NCBI RefSeq assembly: GCF_900316465.1
Contig: NZ_ONDD01000001.1
Coordinates: forward strand, 51,545-115,544
DNA: 64,000 nucleotides
Origin: an uncultured Fibrobacter sp.
Lineage (GTDB): Bacteria > Fibrobacterota > Fibrobacteria > Fibrobacterales > Fibrobacteraceae
Direction: 5' to 3'
The notes under the pieces were generated by a model. That model searched no databases. It was not told the DNA's origin and saw nothing but the letters and a program-made list of their open reading frames with translations. Position numbers and translations under genes: made by a program. Within the stretch, counting starts at the first letter, position 1. The number at the start of each line of letters is the position of its first letter. Of this stretch, positions 59,088 to 64,000 are shown one piece after another.

Positions 59088-59813
59088 ATGAATATCGGCG
59101 TCATTTTCGCAGGCGGAGTCGGAACCCGCATGCACAGCAGAGATCTACCGAAGCAGTTTCTGAAGATTCACGACAAGCCCATCATTGTCCACACAATCGA
59201 GCATTTTGAAAACTGCAAAGACATCGATTCTGTTGTTGTCGTCTGCGTAAAAGAATGGATTGACCACCTCAACAAGCTGATAGACTCATACCATCTCAAA
59301 AAGATTAAAGCAGTCGTCCCCGGAGGTGAATCCGGGCAGCTTTCCATCTACAACGGGCTCTGTGCTGCAGCCCAAATCGCAAAAGACGAGCCATCCATCG
59401 TTCTCATCCACGATGGAGTGCGTCCGCTAATCAATTCCCAATTGCTTTCGGAAAACGTGCAATGCGTCAAGCAATTCGGTTCTTCGATTACAAGTGCAAC
59501 CGTCAAGGAAACGCTTGTTGAAATTGACGACGACAACAACATAAAAGTCGTGCAGGACAGGCCCCATTCCCGAGTCGCCAAGGCCCCCCAATGTTTTTGG
59601 CTCAAGGACATCCTTGCGGCACACGAAAAGGCCCTTTCCGAAAACCGCCACGATTTCATTGACTCATGCACTTTGATGCAACATTACGGCTACCACCTCC
59701 ATATGACCGACGGTCCGTTTGAAAACATCAAGATTACGACTCCCGACGACTTCTACATGATGAGAGCGATTTTACAGGTTAAGGAAGACGCTCAAATTTA
59801 CGGGCTGGAGTAA
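59088..59813 (+). CDS. IspD/TarI family cytidylyltransferase
   Basis: AGGVGTRM, PKQFL, LIHDGVRP, NIKITTPDD. Confidence 0.9.
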   Translation: MNIGVIFAGGVGTRMHSRDLPKQFLKIHDKPIIVHTIEHFENCKDIDSVVVVCVKEWIDHLNKLIDSYHLKKIKAVVPGGESGQLSIYNGLCAAAQIAKDEPSIVLIHDGVRPLINSQLLSENVQCVKQFGSSITSATVKETLVEIDDDNNIKVVQDRPHSRVAKAPQCFWLKDILAAHEKALSENRHDFIDSCTLMQHYGYHLHMTDGPFENIKITTPDDFYMMRAILQVKEDAQIYGLE

Positions 59814-59815
59814 GC

Positions 59816-60856
59816 ATGTATTCAGAAAAGATCTTGATTGATGAGATAAAGGAACTAGGATCGCAAAACGCCGACGTTTTCAGCGCTCTGGAAAACAAAT
59901 CCATCTTCATTTCCGGCGCAACAGGACTTATCGGGAACACCCTTATCAAAACTATTGTCGCCAACGCCCCTTCAGCAAAAATCATTGCCTTTGTCCGCGA
60001 CGAGAACAAGGCAAAAAAGATGTTCCAGAACTACGAACAGAACATCACGTTTGTCACAGGCGACATCCGGGAACCAGTCACCTTTGACGGTCACGTCGAC
60101 TACGTGATTCATGCCGCCAGCGAAACATCCAGCAAGGCTTTTGTAGAAGCGCCTGTCAGCATTATCGAAATCGCCTTGAATGGAACCAAGAACATGTTGG
60201 ATTTCGCCAGGCAAAAAAACGTCCAGGGGTTCGTATACCTATCCAGCATGGAAGTTTACGGAACACCCCATAACGACGACAAGATTTTTGAAGACCACGG
60301 CACTGACCTGGACACAATGAACGTCCGTACCAGTTACCCTGAAAGCAAGCGACTTTGCGAATCTCTCTGCACGGCATACGCAAGCCAGTTCCAAGTCCCC
60401 GCCAAGGTCGTCCGCTTGACCCAAACATTCGGCCCGGGAGTCCAGTACAACGACGGGCGCGTTTTCGCCGATTTTTCTAGATGTCTCATTGAAAACCGCG
60501 ACATCATCTTGCATACCAAAGGCGAGACCAAACGCAGCTACCTGTACACCTTGGATGCAGCAAGCGCAATTCTCACAGTTCTGACCAAGGGGAAAAGCGC
60601 CGAAGCCTACAACGCTGCTAACGAAGACACCTATTGTTCCATTTACGAAATGGCGCAACTCGTCGCTCAAAAGATAGCCCAGGGTAAAATCCAGGTGAAA
60701 GTGGAAGAAGCCGATATTTCCAAGTTTGGATATGCCAAAACGCTACACATGAACCTAGACACCACCAAGCTAAAAGAGCTGGGATGGCAAGCTAGAACAA
60801 GCCTTAGCGACATGTTTTCTAAAACGATACAAAGCATGAAGCCTCAAGACCTTTAA
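59816..60856 (+). CDS. NAD-dependent epimerase/dehydratase/reductase (extended SDR)
   Basis: SGATGLIG, IHAAS, YLSSMEVYG, YPESKR, RLTQTFGPG. Confidence 0.88.
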   Translation: MYSEKILIDEIKELGSQNADVFSALENKSIFISGATGLIGNTLIKTIVANAPSAKIIAFVRDENKAKKMFQNYEQNITFVTGDIREPVTFDGHVDYVIHAASETSSKAFVEAPVSIIEIALNGTKNMLDFARQKNVQGFVYLSSMEVYGTPHNDDKIFEDHGTDLDTMNVRTSYPESKRLCESLCTAYASQFQVPAKVVRLTQTFGPGVQYNDGRVFADFSRCLIENRDIILHTKGETKRSYLYTLDAASAILTVLTKGKSAEAYNAANEDTYCSIYEMAQLVAQKIAQGKIQVKVEEADISKFGYAKTLHMNLDTTKLKELGWQARTSLSDMFSKTIQSMKPQDL

Positions 60857-60918
60857 AGCCCCATAGGCACGACCTTTCAAAATCAGGGAATCCCGAATTT
60901 TTTATTTTAAAGGTCACG

Positions 60919-62262
60919 ATGAAAAAAGTTATCACATACGGCACGTATGATTTACTCCATCAGGGGCACATAAATCTGCTAAAGCGAGCCAAGGCTCTTG
61001 GCGACTATCTTATAGTTGGCGTCACCAACGACAACTTTGATCGCGACCGTGGCAAGCTGAATGTCCGTAACAACGTTCTGGAACGCGTCGAGGCCGTCAA
61101 GGCGACGGGGCTCGCCGACCAGATTATCATAGAAGACTACGTCGGTCAAAAAATTGACGATATCCAAAAATACGACGTAGACATATTCGCCATCGGTTCC
61201 GACTGGGAAGGAAAATTTGACTACCTAAATGAATTCTGCGAGGTCGTGTACCTTCCGCGCACCGAGGGCATCAGCTCCACAATGTTGCGCGACAGTTCCC
61301 AGGAAATCGTGAACGTGGGAATCATAGGCTGCGGACGCGTTGCCCAGAGGTTTCCGTCTGAAGCAAACATCGTCAACGGAATTAATGTCTGTGCCGCATT
61401 TGACATCGACCCGCACAGGGCCGAAGATTTCGTCTCAAAATTCGAAGGAATCAAAGCTTGCTGCAGCCTTGAAGAACTCCTGCAATCAGTCGATGCCGTA
61501 TATATCGCAACCCCACACCTGTCTCACTACAGCTGCATAAAGTCTGCGCTGCAAGCGGGCAAACACGTTCTCTGCGAGACGCCGATGGTTCTTGACGGCG
61601 ACCAGGCGAAGGAACTCTACAGACAGGCTGAAGCCAGCGGTCTTATTCTGATGGAAGCGAACAAAACCGCGCATTGTCCGGCATTTAACCACCTCATGGT
61701 CCTTATCAAGTCCGGACTTATCGGTGACGTGGTGGATATCGACGTATCGCTTTCGCAGCTACTCGACAAAGGCGGTCGAGAATTCGATCCCGACCAGGCT
61801 GGCGGAGCACTTTACGAACAGGGAAGCTATCCGCTACTGCCCATATTCAAGCTCCTCGGGATTAATTACGAAGACCTAACCCTGTTCAGCAAGGTCGAGA
61901 ACGGGGTCGACGTCTACACGAGAGGACTGTTCCGCTACACTAGTGCAACAAGTTCTTTCAAAGTAGGTCTAGGTGTAAAAACCGAAGGAAGTCTCGTAAT
62001 CTCTGGAACCAAGGGTTACGCCTATGTACCAGCCCCATGGTGGAAAACGGACTACTTCGAACTCCGCTATGAGAACCAGAATGACAACAAGAAGTTCTTC
62101 TACAAATGGGACGGATTCGGTCTCCGTTACGAGATCCAGGAATTCATCAGTTGCATACTGAATAAGCGTTTTTCTTCGGCACGTCTAAGACGGCGTGAAA
62201 GCATTCAAATGGCATACGTCATGCAGCAGTTCTCGCAAAAGAAAAACTGCCACAACATTTAA
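60919..62262 (+). CDS. TagD-like cytidylyltransferase fused to a Gfo/Idh/MocA oxidoreductase
   Basis: N-terminal [25 protein letters not shown]-terminal [24 protein letters not shown]. Confidence 0.9.
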   Translation: MKKVITYGTYDLLHQGHINLLKRAKALGDYLIVGVTNDNFDRDRGKLNVRNNVLERVEAVKATGLADQIIIEDYVGQKIDDIQKYDVDIFAIGSDWEGKFDYLNEFCEVVYLPRTEGISSTMLRDSSQEIVNVGIIGCGRVAQRFPSEANIVNGINVCAAFDIDPHRAEDFVSKFEGIKACCSLEELLQSVDAVYIATPHLSHYSCIKSALQAGKHVLCETPMVLDGDQAKELYRQAEASGLILMEANKTAHCPAFNHLMVLIKSGLIGDVVDIDVSLSQLLDKGGREFDPDQAGGALYEQGSYPLLPIFKLLGINYEDLTLFSKVENGVDVYTRGLFRYTSATSSFKVGLGVKTEGSLVISGTKGYAYVPAPWWKTDYFELRYENQNDNKKFFYKWDGFGLRYEIQEFISCILNKRFSSARLRRRESIQMAYVMQQFSQKKNCHNI

Positions 62263-62282
62263 TCGAAAAAAGGGAAAGGAAC

Positions 62283-63356
62283 ATGATTAACTTTACTGTC
62301 GGTCCAGTGCAATCTAGTGACGCAGTCCGTGCCATCGGCGCGGAACAAGTCCCCTATTTCCGTACCGCGGAATTTTCGGAACTGATGTTCGAAAACGAAC
62401 GCCTAATCAAGAAGTTCGCCAAGGCTACCGACGACTCCAAAGTCGCCTTCATTACGGGTTCGGGATCTGCCGGCATGGAAACTGCCATCATGAACACCCT
62501 GACTCCGGCCGACAAGGCTATCGTCGTGAACGGCGGAAGCTTCGGTCACCGTTTTGTGGAACTCTGCGAGCTGCACGAAATCCCCTTTGACGAAATCAAG
62601 CTTGCTCCGGGTAAGGCACTGAAGGCAGAACACCTCGCCGCCTATGAAGGCAAGGGATACACCACCTTTATCGTGAACAAGCACGAGACCTCTACCGGCG
62701 TCCACTACGACATGAAGCTTATCAGCGACTTCTGCAAGAGGAACAACCTCTTCTTGATCGTCGACTGCATCAGCACCTTCCTGGCCGATCCCTTCAACAT
62801 GGCAGAACTCGGCGCCGACATCATGATTACCGGTTCCCAGAAGGCACTCGCCTGCCCGCCGGGAATCTCGGTGATGGCTCTTTCGCCCAAGGCCCTCGCC
62901 CGCGTCGAGAAAGTCAAATGCAAATGCCAGTACCTGGATTTGAAGATTGCCTTGAAGAACGCCGAACGCGGACAGACCCCCTGGACTCCGGCCGTAAGCA
63001 TCTTGCGCCAGATTAACGCCCGCCTCAAGGAAATTGACGCGAATGGCGGTGTGGAAGCAGAAATCGCCCGCACGGCATCGCTCGCCAACTACTTCCGTGA
63101 AAGAATCAAGGACCTGCCCTTTGAAATCGTGTCCGAATCGCTTTCAAACGCAGTCACCCCGCTGCACCCGACAACTGCTTCGGCCTACGACATTTTCCTC
63201 AAGATCAAGGACGAATACGGCATGTGGATTTGCCCCAACGGCGGCGATATGAAGGACACCGTTTTCCGTGTCGGCCACATCGGGGCCTTGACTACGGCCG
63301 ATTACGACAAACTGATTGACGCATTTAAAGACTTACAAGGCAAAAGGTTCATATAA
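62283..63356 (+). CDS. PLP-dependent aminotransferase class V (AGT/PhnW-like)
   Basis: [43 protein letters not shown]. Confidence 0.9.
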   Translation: MINFTVGPVQSSDAVRAIGAEQVPYFRTAEFSELMFENERLIKKFAKATDDSKVAFITGSGSAGMETAIMNTLTPADKAIVVNGGSFGHRFVELCELHEIPFDEIKLAPGKALKAEHLAAYEGKGYTTFIVNKHETSTGVHYDMKLISDFCKRNNLFLIVDCISTFLADPFNMAELGADIMITGSQKALACPPGISVMALSPKALARVEKVKCKCQYLDLKIALKNAERGQTPWTPAVSILRQINARLKEIDANGGVEAEIARTASLANYFRERIKDLPFEIVSESLSNAVTPLHPTTASAYDIFLKIKDEYGMWICPNGGDMKDTVFRVGHIGALTTADYDKLIDAFKDLQGKRFI

Positions 63357-63357
63357 A

Positions 63358-64000
63358 ATGCAGGAATTGACTCTTAAAGACATCCACAATCTTTCGCTTG
63401 AGATATTAAAAGACGTTCATGCTTTTTGTGAAAGAGAGAACATAAAATACTCCCTCGCCTACGGAACCCTTATCGGGGCTCTGCGACACAAAGGTTTCAT
63501 TCCATGGGATGACGACATAGACATCTGCATGCCTCGCCCCGATTACGAAAAATTCATTCGGACATACAAATCCGATAAATTTGACATTGCCTACACTGGC
63601 GTTGAGTGCAAATACGACTGCCTTATTGCCTACGCCCGCGTTTTTGACACAAAGAGGACTATCGCCAAAAACGCCCATTGGATTTCCGAACGAACCGGCT
63701 TATGGATAGACGTTTTCCCCTTGGACGGCGTTTCTAATGACCAAGCCGCTTACGAAGCTGAATTCAAGGAAATCTACAATCAATGGTCCAGCATCATCCC
63801 CAAAAAAATCCAATTTACACGCATCATGGACCAACAGGGAATCGTCAACAAGCTAAAGCTCATAAAAAAGAAGATTAAAACATTGAACGGGCTGGGCGGG
63901 CACAAACTTCAAAGGGTTTTTAACAAACGGATTCAAAGAATCCCTTATGGTTCTACCCAATTTTGGACAAACTACGCCGTTGTAGACGGCGGGTTTGAAT
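63358..64000 (+). CDS. LicD family phosphotransferase (3'-truncated)
   Basis: Not in the ORF track. ATG 63358 reads MQELTLKDIH...YGTLIGALRHKGFIPWDDDIDICMPRPDY...WIDVFPLD and stays open to the window end. Confidence 0.92.
   Translation, partial: MQELTLKDIHNLSLEILKDVHAFCERENIKYSLAYGTLIGALRHKGFIPWDDDIDICMPRPDYEKFIRTYKSDKFDIAYTGVECKYDCLIAYARVFDTKRTIAKNAHWISERTGLWIDVFPLDGVSNDQAAYEAEFKEIYNQWSSIIPKKIQFTRIMDQQGIVNKLKLIKKKIKTLNGLGGHKLQRVFNKRIQRIPYGSTQFWTNYAVVDGGFE

Noticed and set aside
59088..59813. Housekeeping MEP-pathway ispD
   Set aside because: Context (SDR partner, LicD, no ispF) favours CDP-polyol synthesis, so no gene symbol was assigned.

Overview
Gene-dense, mostly core chromosomal window that looks like Fibrobacter (inference from TIGR02171-type and other Fibrobacter-style lipoproteins, Lys-rich T9SS-like C-terminal tails, Ser-rich linkers and a GH8 glucanase). 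It carries housekeeping genes (pilD, Sfp-type PPTase, tRNA-Val(GAC), DASS symporter, rluE, ileS type 2, MFS sugar porter, CNNM/CBS protein, sppA) and many surface proteins: a 1774-aa repeat lipoprotein, two tandem giant secreted proteins sharing a C-terminal module, and two paralogous beta-barrels. The best candidate for an undescribed system is a four-gene type IV minor-pilin operon (FimU/PilV/PilW/PilX order) whose PilX-like subunit is fused to a ~2300-aa multi-domain adhesin ending in a small aromatic, CBM-like module. The right end has a TIGR02171-type lipoprotein, two convergent CotH-type kinases and the start of a surface-glycan locus (CDP-polyol pair, cytidylyltransferase-dehydrogenase fusion, class V aminotransferase, LicD). 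Non-coding signals include REP-like palindromes, a small insertion that strands a gene tail, CRP-like boxes, a palindromic operator and TAnnTT(TG) promoters. I found no CRISPR array, integrase, transposase, prophage or reverse transcriptase. All family calls come from motif recognition by eye, not database searches.
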